Assembly: GCA_027604505.1 (NCBI GenBank)
Contig: JADIIX010000036.1
Location: 62,001-126,000 of the forward strand
Length of the DNA stretch: 64,000 nt
Direction: 5' to 3'
From: Gonapodya sp. JEL0774
Lineage: Eukaryota
Positions 1 through 12,659 of this stretch are shown one piece after another. Each line of letters starts with the position of its first letter. The first letter of the stretch is position 1. The notes beneath the pieces are model-generated. The model saw nothing but the letters and a program-made list of their open reading frames with translations, ran no database searches and was not told the origin of the DNA. The position numbers and the translations under genes were made by a program.

Positions 1-598
1 CGCTTCTCCTCTCCATACTGGTAGTCATTGTCGCCTTCTTCGTCACTTCCCAGAATCTCTTCACCTGCGAGAACATCTGCTAATCCTGAAACTCTGGCAG
101 TGGAGCTGGCAAGTGAGAGTAGCCTCGCGTCGTCATCTTTAGCTTTTGGAACGACAGAGGGTGACGATTGTTTGGGGCGGAGCGATTTGGAGGTTGGGCT
201 AGTAGGGAGACCGACAATCTCGTTCTCGTCTTCGGTATCTGATTTGTCCCGGACTTTCCGTTTACGGCGAGGTTTCTTGCGTAACCTCGGTGATGCTGCC
301 GCCCTGAGCTCCGTGTGTGGAGGTGAAGACCCTGGAACTGTGTCACCAACTTCAGGTGTCTCGGGGTAAGAGGCCTGCGTTGAAGGTGGGACCTCCGAAG
401 ATATAGCACTTTCCAGAGGCCCGATAGGATGTGGAGAAGAGTTGGCAGGGGTCATAGAGAGAAGCAGGAGCTGCGTTTAATGATGTCCATTAAGAGCGAC
501 CATTCGGCGTTGCAGAGAGTCGTGGTATGCTTTTCCTCCACCACAGCCAAAGGGAATTCGAAACCGTACCAGATATTATGCATCATCGCAATGTCCAT
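1..598 (-). CDS. Hypothetical protein, partial (runs off the window start; 5' end uncertain)
   Basis: Minus-strand reading MDIAMMHNIWYGFEFPLAVVEEKH... Downstream, a Ser/Pro/Lys-rich open frame (PRLRKKPRRKRKVRDKSDTEDENE) runs to position 1. No family recognised. Confidence 0.35.
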
Positions 599-997
599 CG
601 GTACGCTCTCGTAATTGAAATTGCAAAACGAATTGAATTCTCTGATTATCAGCTGAAAATGCAACTTGAGTAATATTCCCCTGTCATATAGAGCGCGTCC
701 AATGTCCGTGAAGGTATTTCCTTCTTTGCAGTAGTTTGGGCTAGCATTGAAAATGGGAACGGAGTGTTGACTGGAACCTAAAGTTTGGAGTCTCGGTGTC
801 TGTCTTGAGGGTTCATTTTCGTGGCGACTGGCAAACCTGCAATCAGGAGAATCGTACCGACCAAATCCTCGAGAATGCTCAGCAACACCACAGAATGCTA
901 AATACCTTGGCCTTTCTGCATCCTAGTTTCTTGACGCGGAGGGTCACTCAGCTTATACCACTGTCGCCACACCTTAAAGCTCCGAAGTCAGAACGCC

Positions 998-3862
998 ATG
1001 GAAGGGATGAAGGCACAATCTTCTCGGCCTCTACATGACGATCCCAAAGCGGACGGAGAAACTTTCTTTGATGCACCGCGATCGCGGGTGAGCTTGCCCC
1101 AGAAAATGTCCTCAGATCCGGTATTCGCGGTACCCCAGAGTGTATCGACCACATTAACGGCATCCAAATCAGTACAACGGCGGAGTATAGCACCAGCATT
1201 GTCTTGTAAGTTATCGGACAGAAGGAAGTGCACCACCTTTCTTTTTGCTTAATCGCTCTTCGGTCATGCAGCTTCCTTTGCCGAAACCCCCTCTTCAATG
1301 CTTGGTGAGCTCTTTCTGCACTAAAACTTAAATTTTAGATTGATCGATTATACTCGCTCTCTTTCGAAAGCAGTTCAACCTCCCCTCCCCTCCACGTCTT
1401 CTTCTTCGTCGGGTGAATCTTCCTCGCGAGCAACTGCATCCGCTAACCCCCCGAAGCTGGCTACCAAAGTCCGCCTTCAGCTTACTTCCAACATATCTGC
1501 GGAGGGGTCTTCGATTGGTGAAGGAACCGGAGACGGTAGCGAAGTGACCTTTCAAGCCATGTTCCCATCAGCGCTCCCTGCCAACCCCCATTTCGGAGAA
1601 ACAAAACGGACTTCTACCATAATGCGCCAATGGACGGCTGAATCTTCTGATAAGAGGGTTTCGCGAATGTTTTCTCTGGATCGCCCAAAGTCTTGGTTCA
1701 GCATTCGATCCAAGTCTCAAGAACCCAGGCATTCGGTAATAGTCACAAATTCCCCTGCGCCAGCTCCTTTTGAGACACCCGCTTCTGCAACGGCTCGTCC
1801 TACCTCCTCTATCACGGTATCTTTGCCTCGAAGAATTTTGCGCTCAGTCAGGAGCTCCGTGAACCTGGTGACCCCACCCCCTTCGCCTTCTCCAACTCCA
1901 TCCATTAATTCGTCCATCGGCTCGAGTGATTCTTTGGAACGAGCGATGACACGACCGAAGGGTCAGACAGAGCCGGCTACTTTCAACCCCCCCGTGGTTG
2001 CACGACAGGGGCGTCCACCCGTGACACCTGAGAGCCCCCCACCCCCACCTTCCAGCCCGCCTTCTTCAACTTCCGATCACTCTTCACTTATGCCACGGGC
2101 ATCTATAGCTGTCGCACCGAAAGCAACTCCGCCTGAAATACTTTCACGAGCCAACACATTTGACGGGGCTGTTTCGGACCTCACCAAGCAAACTCAGGTC
2201 CGTTCAGGCAGGCCTAAACGCCTGTCGGAACGCCTGTCGGATTTGAATGTGGTCGCATCTGAAGATCGTGATGGTACATCGTTGATGTATGCCTCAATAT
2301 CCAAGCTGTCACCAGCCACTGCACCTCGCAGGATGGAGATGTCTCCAGAACCTCCACTGGCCCTTCCACCGCCGAATCCTCACCCTTACCCATCGACTCC
2401 TCCTTATCCCCCTACGCGAACCGCCGTATCACCTATGTATCTGCAGCTTTCCGCCATCCGATCCCCCACCGCCCGACTCACAAGGCTGATGTCAAGCATC
2501 TCCGCTGACCCAAGTCCACGGGACGCCGCTGCTCTCTGGTCGCTCATCCAGTTCCCAGAACTCACGCTTGCGCAGCTAGCACTTGCCTTGTCAGCAGGGG
2601 CGCCTCGCGAGGCGATTCTTGACGCCGCAGGTCAAAGAATTGCTCGTGACCCCTCTGCGGCACAAAATTGCCCCCCTCAGCTCTTTAAAGCCGCAGCAGA
2701 TTATGCAAGAATCAAGTCGGGAGCTCCGGTTTCGCGGAATAATAGCCGGTCCTCGTCTCCCTTGCAATGGAGTCCGTCCGTGACAGCCCCCTTATTCACT
2801 CCACTTACACGCTCAATATCCTCCCCGTCCGGTTTAGGACCTGGCCAGACCTCTTCAAACCAGGGTATTTCTCGATCCGCTTCTAATGCATCCCAGAGTA
2901 GTAATCCTTACGCAGGACGAATCGACTCGAGCCTGTCACGGTCGCCCAGTCTCGCGCATTCGGTGGCCTCGGAGCCCGACATGGACATCACATCTTTACC
3001 CCCTCTCCAGTTTGCTGCTGCAGTATCCCGTGCCCAGGGTCGTTCCGACTCTCACCGTTGGACACCATCTTTAGCTGCGAGAGCTTGCGCAGCATATTTG
3101 TCTGTAAGACCTGAAATGGAGGAGGCGGAATCGCGGGCGGTATGGGCAAGTGTGAGATTTTCCGATATGAGAACCGACGAATTGGAAAAGTGGGTTGAGA
3201 GTGGAGCACCAATGGATATGGTTTTGGGAGTTCTGGTTGAAAGGTAAGTAATTGATCATTCGAAAGGGGAGCTGCAAATATGAGCGTCGCCTTACTTGCA
3301 CTTCTGCAACTCCTCTAGAGTCCGCGCAACCGACCACGAACGGCAAACCAGCATTACTCCCGCCAGCACGCGATCCACTCCCCGCAGCACTCCAACCCCC
3401 TCCACGAACCGTGGCTCCCTCGACCGCCCCGGCTCTGGATTCCACCCCGACGGAAACAACTTTGAATCTCCCCGTGCATCGGGCGATCGATACTCCTTTG
3501 ACCGAACTCGCCCCTCCATTGATCGCGAAGGCTACGAGCGTGCCCGGATGCTAGAGCGTCTCATTGTGAAGGAAGACCGATATGCCCTTGGTGTCCCTCG
3601 CCCCGATCTCGCTCCTGTTCACAACACAATCAATCCCGGTTTGTCCCGCTCTAACTCCGCGTCCCCCCGCAATCGGCCTAGATCCCGCGAAGAGATGCGG
3701 TCTTTAAGTTTGCGGGGTGGACAATCGTGGGGTTTGAGCTCTGTCGCGGGGGATTTGTCGAGATCGGACTCTGAGTTTGGGAGCAGAGGCAGTGGCAGTG
3801 AGGGTAGGAAATCTTCGTTTTCATTCTTTGATAGGAGAAAGGGGGCGGATGGAGTGTTCTAA
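998..3862 (+). CDS. Multi-exon Ser/Pro-rich hypothetical protein with two helical repeats reminiscent of BACK/NPH3-type segments
   Basis: ORFs 998-1252, 1340-3247 and 3296-3862 join via GT-AG introns (e.g. donor GTAAGT at 3244). Two similar segments: ALWSLIQFPELTLAQL..GAPREAIL and AVWASVRFSDMRTDEL..GAPMDMVL. Confidence 0.6.
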
Positions 3863-4372
3863 GAATCACGGATTAATGGAATGGTGGTGTTGGTGGGGCC
3901 ATTGTCTCGGGGGTTGTTTGTGGTTGCTCTGAGTCTGTGGAGCAAGCATTGTGAATATCAGGATATTCTGTTGTGATGTGTCTTTGGCTTGGGAGCAGTG
4001 CGGATGGCACAACATGTTGTCCCGTTTTGGCGTCAGAATTGTTCTGTGCGTCCTTCCTCATTATCATGGAGCTATTTCCATGTGGACCATTTATCGTTTT
4101 TCTTTTATTCTTATCGTAAATTCATGCACTTCCATGATCGTCGCGAGTTGGTTAGGAGCTGCAGGAGTTGTAGAAACTGGGTCACGCATCTTGCTTATGT
4201 TTACAATACACACTTACTCTCACTGGCTGCATGCACCAGCTTTTTCCGACAGAAACTATCATGGCGGTGAGACTTGAAACGAAATTAATTTGGAATGCAC
4301 ACATAAATCTTGCAACTCCTTCTCCACAGTGCTGCGCGAGTCATCGTTCTATATAAAGCCGAACACCAACAA

Positions 4373-5631
4373 TCACTCGCTTTTCGCAACCTCCACACCG
4401 AGACTTCCCAAGAAGCCTTGCCAGCCCACAAAGACCCATTCAAATCCATCAACGTCCAGAATTTTGCACATCCGCATCGGTGTCGTTTGAGAGCCCGGTA
4501 GCGTGGTTGGCAGCATGGTGATCTCAAATCTTGCGGCGGTGGAGTCCGAACTTCGGTTATCAAGAATCCACGAAGCCCGGGAGTGCACTGCGTCTACATC
4601 GGAGACGGCGATCGCCAGGCGGGGGATGATGTCCCCGTGGTCTGCGTTCACGGGTAGATTTGCGGATTCTAATGAGGTTGGGGAGTTCGAAAGGGGAGGA
4701 GAATCAACCTTGATGAGTTCTATGTAAGCATTCTCGTCATGTGGTTGTGTTGCGCTGCGTGAAGGGCCGAGATGGTAAGGGAAAGTTAGACGGACTGAAG
4801 TCGAAGAAGGGAAGGAATGGACCAGAGAAGAGGGGCCGAGGAGACGGGAGAGGAGATCTTTGAAAAGAGTAAAGTGATGGTAGGTGGTAAAGTGTTGGTT
4901 CAAAAGAGACTCGTAATTCCGTGAGAAGCGCAGAACCGTTCCGGCATTCATTTACGAGCACACATCCACACCTGGCACCCCACGTGATCTGCTGAGCCAC
5001 CACACAACGCTTCCAGCTCATACAACCCCGAGCAACCCTCCACCTGAGCGCACCTGCTCTTCCCACCGGATCACGGACCACGAGCTCCACTCCCGCGATC
5101 CTCGGCTCTCCCGTGGCCTTGACATCAAAAATGTATTCATCTTGAGTCTTGATCACACCCAAGCTGAGTGTAGGGTGGTGGATATGGAATTTGAAGAGTG
5201 GTGTGGTTGGGCGACGGTATGCCGTAATGGTGGGGTTAAATTTGAGTCCAAGGGAGAAGGAGGATCCTTCGGGGACGTACCCGACCATGGTGCGGGACCA
5301 GGCCGGGTCGCCTTTGAGTGGTTGACTAAAATGTCGTTGGACTGCCTCGTTATATATATGCATCATATAGCATCCCACATCAACCCACAATTGCGTGTCC
5401 CCGCCGAGAAGAAAGTTGTCATGTCTGAGTACAAAGAATCCCAGCGCCTGCTGGAAAAACGCCAATGACAGGTCTATGCCGAAGGAATCCAGACGGTCGA
5501 AGAGAGACGGTCGAAGGAACGAATCGATCTGTAATGAAATGGAGAGGAGGGGAAATACACGTACCGAGATTTGCTACGGGTAATGCGAAGTGAAGGAGAC
5601 GCGGAGGAAGAGGGAGTGGGATTGAAGTCAT
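4373..5631 (-). CDS. GLOD4: Glyoxalase domain-containing protein 4-like (VOC superfamily), multi-exon
   Basis: Spliced peptide RLLHFALPVANLDLSLAFFQQALGFFVLRHDNF...WSRTMVGYVPEGSSFSLGL...RLAIAVSDV...ILDVDGFEWVFVG resembles recalled GLOD4 motifs (LHFVFKV, LRHEEF, WSKTMVGFGPE, DPDGHEICFVG). Confidence 0.75.
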
Positions 5632-5789
5632 TGGTGGTCAGATTGAAACTGTTGGCAAGTTTCATGAGTCATCAGCGTAAGAGTATGCGGATGACGAAAA
5701 CAGAACAACATTTCCAGTCCCAAATACAAAAAATAAACCATCGTAACTTTATTGCTGGTACAATAGCGGGCCAGTTATGAATTAATGAA

Positions 5790-7349
5790 TTAGCTTGCCG
5801 CCGCCCCACTCCCTTCACCTGCGCCCTCCCCGTCATTCCCGAAAACGAGACAAAACTGTAGCAAAGCATTCTTGTACTGCTCCACATTGTCCCACCCATC
5901 TGGAGGTCTTCTTTTCCCACACATCTTCTTGTGCCACTTCCAGTCCTCCGCCTGACAATCTTTGGAACAGTAGCGAAGCATGCTGCACGCAGAGCAGCGG
6001 AGGAGTTTGTTGTGGTTCAGAGCTGAGGGCTGGGGTTCGGATTGAGCTGGTGTTTCAGATTGAGATTGAGGCGGGTTGGCGGTTGATGCTGGGTCAGCTG
6101 CATCAACGGCCACCGCGGCAGAATTCTCGGGCACAGCTATTGGCGCAGGAGCAGTAAGCTTGGTTGATAAAGAAATGGACGGGGTACCAGATGGAGCACT
6201 TGCCGGCGGTGGAGCTGCTTCACAACCGTCAGCACCAACAGGCGTGAGAATCGTTGCGACCGCCAAACGTCCTTCAGGTCCATTGGCACTTTCCACTGGT
6301 TTACCATTGGTATTGACCACCGCCATCCCTCCACCACCTCCCGCCGCACTCGTACACGCAAAGTTTGCGCACAACGTCAATATCGGCTGATTCGTCTTGC
6401 CCATATCCCTTCTCTTTGCATCAGCTAAGGCTATCAGCAGCCTTCTCCTATCACGTGACGCCTCGACACGGGTGAAGAGCACGGTGGCTTCTTCTTCGGT
6501 TTCCTCGATGTCCATATCGTTCCCAGCGCCTGGGGCAGGATCTTGAGTCTTGTCAATGCGAGCCTGTACACTACGCTGGCTTCCGGTACCCTTGTTCTGC
6601 CCATGCTCTTCCTCAAGCAGCAGCATCACCAGTTTCAACAGCGGGTGTGTCCTCACCCTATGATACGCGGCCCTGTCTGGTGTATCATCCCCTAAGCTAA
6701 CCACCAATACTTCCACACATGCCTCTCTAAACGTGTTCACAGCTTTCGAACTAGGCAGCGGAATGGGCGGCACGGGATTGATGATTCCCAAGGTCGACGC
6801 CAGATCCGCACTCGTTTGACCCGCGGCGGGTTCGAGAGTCCATTCAATAGCTAATAGAGTGTCCAACAAATCATCAAGCAGGAACGAGTCTGTTAAAATT
6901 GATCTTCGCGCATCTGGTGAATCCCTCACACCGCTCAACAACCTCTCCACCGCGCCGGTGAATCCTTGCCACAAATCCTCCGTAAACGACACGGGATCGT
7001 TCCTCAGCTTCGTTACAAACGCCCGCACGGCCTCAAAATGTAGGTGAGTTACGAAACTTGCTGCGACCAAAAGGTATATCCTTTTCCTCCCCACATCCGG
7101 TGGCGGTTCAAAGATATCCATATTCACCGTGGGAGGCCCCAGGTCTGGTGAACGGCCAGAGAGGTAGGCTAGGGCGGGCGTGAACAGCGGCTGGCAAGAA
7201 GGGCATTTCGCAACGTGGGTGAAGCAAGACACGATGTTTGGGGGTTCGAGATCCCAGATGGATTGCAGGAAAACGAAGATATTGGATGGAAAATCGTGCG
7301 TTCTGATGGACGCGGCAGGCTCGGCGGGGTTTTGGATGGCACTGGTCAT
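5790..7349 (-). CDS. MYND-type zinc finger protein (519 aa, apparently single exon)
   Basis: C-terminal CSACSMLRYCSKDCQAEDWKWHKKMC is a MYND motif. The candidate first Cys pair (CANFAC) lies upstream. Confidence 0.85.
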   Translation of the reverse strand: MTSAIQNPAEPAASIRTHDFPSNIFVFLQSIWDLEPPNIVSCFTHVAKCPSCQPLFTPALAYLSGRSPDLGPPTVNMDIFEPPPDVGRKRIYLLVAASFVTHLHFEAVRAFVTKLRNDPVSFTEDLWQGFTGAVERLLSGVRDSPDARRSILTDSFLLDDLLDTLLAIEWTLEPAAGQTSADLASTLGIINPVPPIPLPSSKAVNTFREACVEVLVVSLGDDTPDRAAYHRVRTHPLLKLVMLLLEEEHGQNKGTGSQRSVQARIDKTQDPAPGAGNDMDIEETEEEATVLFTRVEASRDRRRLLIALADAKRRDMGKTNQPILTLCANFACTSAAGGGGGMAVVNTNGKPVESANGPEGRLAVATILTPVGADGCEAAPPPASAPSGTPSISLSTKLTAPAPIAVPENSAAVAVDAADPASTANPPQSQSETPAQSEPQPSALNHNKLLRCSACSMLRYCSKDCQAEDWKWHKKMCGKRRPPDGWDNVEQYKNALLQFCLVFGNDGEGAGEGSGAAAS

Positions 7350-8188
7350 TTTGGAACGGTGCCCCAGTGTGTCAGTTTTGAACCTGGAGCCGTATCATGA
7401 ACCTCATCGTTTTTGCTGTTACTCCGTCGTCCCAGCACCCCGGGCTATGTACAAATTTCGTTCCTGATTCCATGGGGACATCCGCTTTTTAGAGTCTTTT
7501 CGGGTTGATGTGGATGTCGGAAGCAGATTGTAACCTCGTCCGCTCCCGTGAACGAATTGGATACGTATGGGACGGTAGCTTTCAGCTCTCTTTTCACACT
7601 TGGTGATAATCTTGTCGGTGTGGCAATACCTTGATTCTGTGCCGCCGGCTGCCAACCCTTCGACAATACTTTTTTGTCCGCAAAGGGCACTGACAATTTT
7701 GATTTTGAAGTGCCTTGCTTGCTTTGTATACGCATTTAAGTGGTGTGCGTTCACTTGTAGTAGCTCGCAAGATTGTTCCTACTAAGCATGAATGTGGGCA
7801 GCGATGTTCTATTTCTTTTAAATGTAGTCTCACTCGCGAGTTGGCTAATTGTTCAAGCTGCATTGATGCCCAATCCGTCATTGCCGCTCACGACGGAAGG
7901 GTAAAGGGGATGGATCAACTAATAACTTGGGGCAATTATTCCTTTTCCGGAACTACCAATTGCGCTTGGAATGCCAAGTTTCAAAATGGATTCTACAAGA
8001 AATTTAAACCGCAAGTTCTGTATGGTCTGCGAAGCTGATTTGGAAATAAGAAAATGGGACAGCTTGGCAGGTTGGGGTTTCCCCGCTTGGTCGTCCCTTC
8101 TAATAAAACAGCAAAAAGCCCGTTTGATTGTCGAAAATTCCCTTTGTACGCCGGCGCTCACATTGAATTCAAGTCGTCTTCCCGCACC

Positions 8189-9893
8189 ATGCGCCTCTCA
8201 ACTACCGCTGTCGTGCTCGTCACGCTTGTGTCTGTCGTCACAGCCCGTCCTTCTCCGCTGGAAAAGCGTGCCGTTTCCTCCGATGGGCGGTGCGGAACGG
8301 ACCACGGATCCACGACCTGTCCCTCTGGACTTTGTTGTTCGTCCTTTGGATGGTGTGGAAGCACTTCATCGCAGCAAGTATTCATTCGTGTTTTCTACGG
8401 GTGTTTTGATCCGCTCAAATTCACAAACTCGCTCTGTTACCAGTTGCGGATCGGGATGCGCATCTGCATTTGGCACATGCTCTTCTAGCACCCCTCAGGC
8501 ACAGAGTACGAACAAAATTCCCGTTTCGACCGATTTTCGTTGTGGCACGCAGGCCGGTACCAAGTGCGCTTCGACATGGTGAGTTGCGTGTTTTCATTCA
8601 CTCCGCGGGTCCTGCACCTACTGCGTGCAGCAGCGAGAGCCAAAAAAGGAAAGAGTTCTAATCATTGAGTTCACCCTTCTTCACCCAGCTGCTCCCAATG
8701 TAAGTCAGAAGGATGCGCCAGTTGGATAATCACCCTCAAAACCCCCCATTGTCTCCAAAACACAAAACAATAACTTTAGATGGTTACTGCGGTACTGGCC
8801 CTGCCTATTGCGACTCCGGATGTCAGACCAACTATGGGATCTGTTCTATGAACAACGCACCACAGGCCGGCCAGCTGACCCTCCCACCACCACCACCACC
8901 ACCACCACCGTCGTCATCTAGCCCCGGAAATTCGCCTGATGGGCGCTGTGGGCCGGGAACTAACACCAAATGTCAGAACGGAGAGTGGTGGGTGGTTCTG
9001 ACTCTGATCTTCATCGTTGGTGTTTGAGTTAACCTCGATTCTCCAAATTTCCTGTATCCTCACTAGCTGTTCGCAATGTGAGTCTTATACACTAATTGAG
9101 GCCCATGCGCTGAAAGCTTTGACCCTCTATGTGCCTAATTCATCCTTCTCACTACAGATGGTTGGTGCGGTCCTGGGACCGTTTAGTAAGTGCATCCAGC
9201 TGAGACATGGTGCATCCTGCTTTCCCTGACGCTTCGTTGCTTTAGCTGCGGAGCTGGCTGCCAAACCGGTTTTGGAAACTGCAGCCCGGTTGTCTCAGCA
9301 CAGGGCGCTCCAGTCACGTCTCCCCCGCCCACGCCCCCTTCTCCTCCGGTTCAGGCCCAGGCCGCCCAGACAAACTTGATTCCGGGTCGCTTGACATGGT
9401 ACAACCCAAATGTTTGTTGTTTCAGCTTGTTGTTGTGTCGCCTACATGTCCGATGAAAACCGTCAATCGTCATTCATATAGGGAGGTCTCGGATTTTGCT
9501 GGACACTTGGTCCCATCCAAAACGGTGATCTCGCTGTCGCTCTTGTGCGTTCAATCCTCCTCGCCCTGTCAGTTTGAGGCCCCGCTAATCCTAATTGGAA
9601 TTTACCCTCCCCAGACATACGTTCAAATGAACGAAGGCGGCTGGTGTGGCAAGTGGATTTGCATCACGTACAAGGACAAGATGGTCAGGGCTCAGATCAA
9701 GGACGAATGTCCTGACCCTATCTGCTCATATGGTCACCTCGATACCACGCAAGCCGTGTGGAATCAACTTGGAATCAACACTGAGGTCGGGCTGGTAACT
9801 TCGGGAGTTTCGGTACGTCCGGTGTTCTGCGTTCCCTCGATCGCTACTTGTTCACATGTTTCTGTGGTGCGGATGCAGTGGTACGTTTGCTGA
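8189..9893 (+). CDS. Secreted protein: signal peptide + 3x hevein-like CBM18 + C-terminal RlpA-like double-psi beta-barrel (expansin/loosenin-like)
   Basis: Exons 8189-8373, 8444-8578, 8689-8699, 8780-8987, 9067-9077, 9158-9185, 9246-9411, 9482-9544, 9615-9812 and 9879-9893. They splice to a hydrophobic N-terminus and KR site, three RCG...CCS.(F/Y)G(W/Y)CG....CxxGC repeats, then GRLTWYNPNGGLGFC...AVAL...CGKWICITY...IKDECP...CSYGHLD. Confidence 0.9.
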
Positions 9894-11025
9894 GGTAACG
9901 CGCTATCGCCTTCGAATCCTGTTGTGTCCTTTGGCTTGAGTGGGAGCTGGTCTCTCGTAGTCAACACCTCCGGAGAGTGATGATCTAATGTGCGCGCTAT
10001 GTTATGTGTAGTAAATTCTCTAGTCTCAGCTGTCAAGTAATAGGGACCGTAACAACTTCTACTGTATACATCAATCACTATCATCTGGGTTCATGTTTGG
10101 ATGCGTACGGTTGATGGTTGGCATATGGGAGTGCCACGAGTAAATCATCGTTGCAACGCGATTACGTCAGCGTTGTCTTCTGCCACACTATCCAATCTCC
10201 AAATTGAAATCTCCATTCCCGAATCACACCTTAAATCAATGAGCTCTCAGAGTAGGAACGATAAGCCTCCTGCCTCAGCAGGTCTTTCCCCTTACGTGTG
10301 TTCATGTGGGGTTGTGAGCAGATTGAGATTGAAAGTCCATTTTGATGACGTCAAGTCCCCGCATTACCTTTTTCAAACGGTCGGTGTGACTGTCGCTGCA
10401 GCCCGGCAACGCGAACCTCCACTCCATCTCAGATCAATCCTCTCTGGAGGCCTCCATCCGTACCCAAGTCGGTATGGGATCAGGCGCACCGATTTCAACG
10501 GATCTTGAAACAGAAATGTCTCGAAAGGAATACAAGAATGAAGGAGTGGGTCCTGGTGAGTCATATCGTTTAAGGTTTTGTGTTTTGGTGATGACTTCTA
10601 CTAATAGTCGGAGGGTGGCTCATTTGGCGGTCTGGCGTGACTAAGTAGATGGGGAATCAAGCGAGAACAAAGTCGGACCGACAGTAGGCGAAGTTGTTGG
10701 CAAGCCAAAGGAATAGAGGTCAAATGTAGATGACGTGTTTTCAGCCATTGTTGAAATCATTACCGTCCAAATATGATGACCATTCGGCGTTTCACTGCAA
10801 ATTGCGCATTTGCATGATTTACACTCTAAATATCGGCCCTTTCGCGATATGCCTCCCAAATGCTCCATGTGCGTTTGTAACGATTGCGGTTTTCATGTCT
10901 CAGACAGCTGAGGTCCGTTCGAAATACATGAAGAGTAAAGGTAATAAAGTTTGGCAGAGGTGTTCAAACTCCGCCGCTTTTGTTGGCTGAGTGTTCAGTG
11001 ATCAACATTATCATTACATACCGCC

Positions 11026-12559
11026 ATGCCTAACCGGACTGCAATCAAGAGTCGTGTCACAGTACTCCAAGAGAAGGAAGGAGAGATGGCTGGTGCTTCC
11101 TTCTCCCAAAGCCCATCGACAGCCAGGGACAACCGCCTCGACACTGTAATTGAAGTGTCTGATGGGATACTACCAACCGACATGGATTCTGGAATTGTTC
11201 CTAAGCTGGATGGAGCTCCCGCTTGCCTCTCGAATGAGCGCGAGTCAAACCAGGAGTTTGCAACATCATCGTCAATGAATCCGCCTCAGCCTGCTGCCAG
11301 GAATCTGCTACAAAGCGACTCAGTCAGAAATCTGGAAGCAACGGCCATTGCAGCTCCTCCAGTGGTCGAATTAGTTACCAGTAGTCTGAGTCTTCCCCTG
11401 GGCGATGGTAGAAATGTCGATAGATCGCCCACCAAGAAATCAGCACTGAATGCGGCACCAGCACCAACAAGTGTCACTCCTGAACGGGCTTCGACGTCTC
11501 TCGGGAGGCAGAGGAGCGTGATTTCATTAACAGCAGTGACTCGTTCCGACACAACGGAATTGTTCCCGGATGTTGTTTTGACGGGCGATGAAACTCCAGT
11601 CCGTGAGCAGAATCTTCTTGGTGGTACTCAGATCTTGATTTGACTTCACCTCCACATGTGTTTGTCAAAGCTACATACAACATCGTCCGAGAACAAGACT
11701 CTTGGGTGAGTAGTAAAATGCTAGTATTTTTATGTGATTCGGATGTTGTTATAAGCTTCGATCTGTTTAGTGGAAGCCAGCCAACGTTTCAGTAACGATG
11801 TTCGGCACAGATAAGGAGCACCTACGTGAGACAAGAGGGGGGAATTGCCCTTATCTACTTTGAAGATTTGTTTCCTTCAATTTTCTCAGTGATTGCACAG
11901 CGCGAAACTTGGTTCTTTCAAAGGCTGCAATTCGACCTCCGACAGCGGATACCCATTGCTCCCCGTGAGCGTGAAATCTTAGGAACATTGTCCCGCAGGA
12001 AATCGAACGGGGCATCAATCCCTTTGAATGAAACTTCCCAGTCCCACACCACTGTCGGTCGTGCAACTTCGATGGGTTTTTTATCACTATGTTTGGGATC
12101 TGTGGTTGAGACTGAACAAATAACTTCAGTTCTCGATCATAGCACCATGGCGTCACTTGATGAACGGTATAGAAGATTCTTGGTTTCCGAACGTGGATTG
12201 GGAAAATGGTGAGTCCCTCTTCCTCGTTCTCGCTCCGCCTTTACCATGTCATGCCTGTTTAATGAATGCCCTTAGTTGTTCTCATGTCCGACGAGACTGG
12301 GAAATTTATGATTTTAGCTCCGGGAACATGATTGGGGAGTGAGTTTATCCACAATCTCTGCTGATGTTGTCAGATTGTGAGCAATCCCCGCCTCAGAATC
12401 AACCAGCGGCAGCGCCACCCCGGATGTTCTTCCGAGATGGTTAGAACTCAACTGCGAACCTACTGTGTACTGGAATCCAAGGATGAGGCGTTGTTGTTGG
12501 GCGTGATGGTGATATTGCACAATGAGTCTGCCAAAGGTGCCCGTTTAAAATGGAGCTAA
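11026..12559 (+). CDS. Multi-exon hypothetical protein (possible LURP-one/tubby-C-like C-terminal region)
   Basis: ORFs 11026-11643, 11826-12212 and 12377-12559 link via GT-AG introns (spliced ATYNIVREQDSWWKPANVSVTMFGTDKEHLLIAQRETWFF). Ends in a hydrophobic helix, DEALLLGVMVILHNE. The fold is a weak guess. Confidence 0.5.
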
Positions 12560-12659
12560 TGAGTATCATATCGCCGCAATTCAAGAGAATCAATTATTTT
12601 GGTCAAGCAGCAAAAATGAAATCGTAAAATATCAGCTGAGAGATCCAATCGATTCTGGC

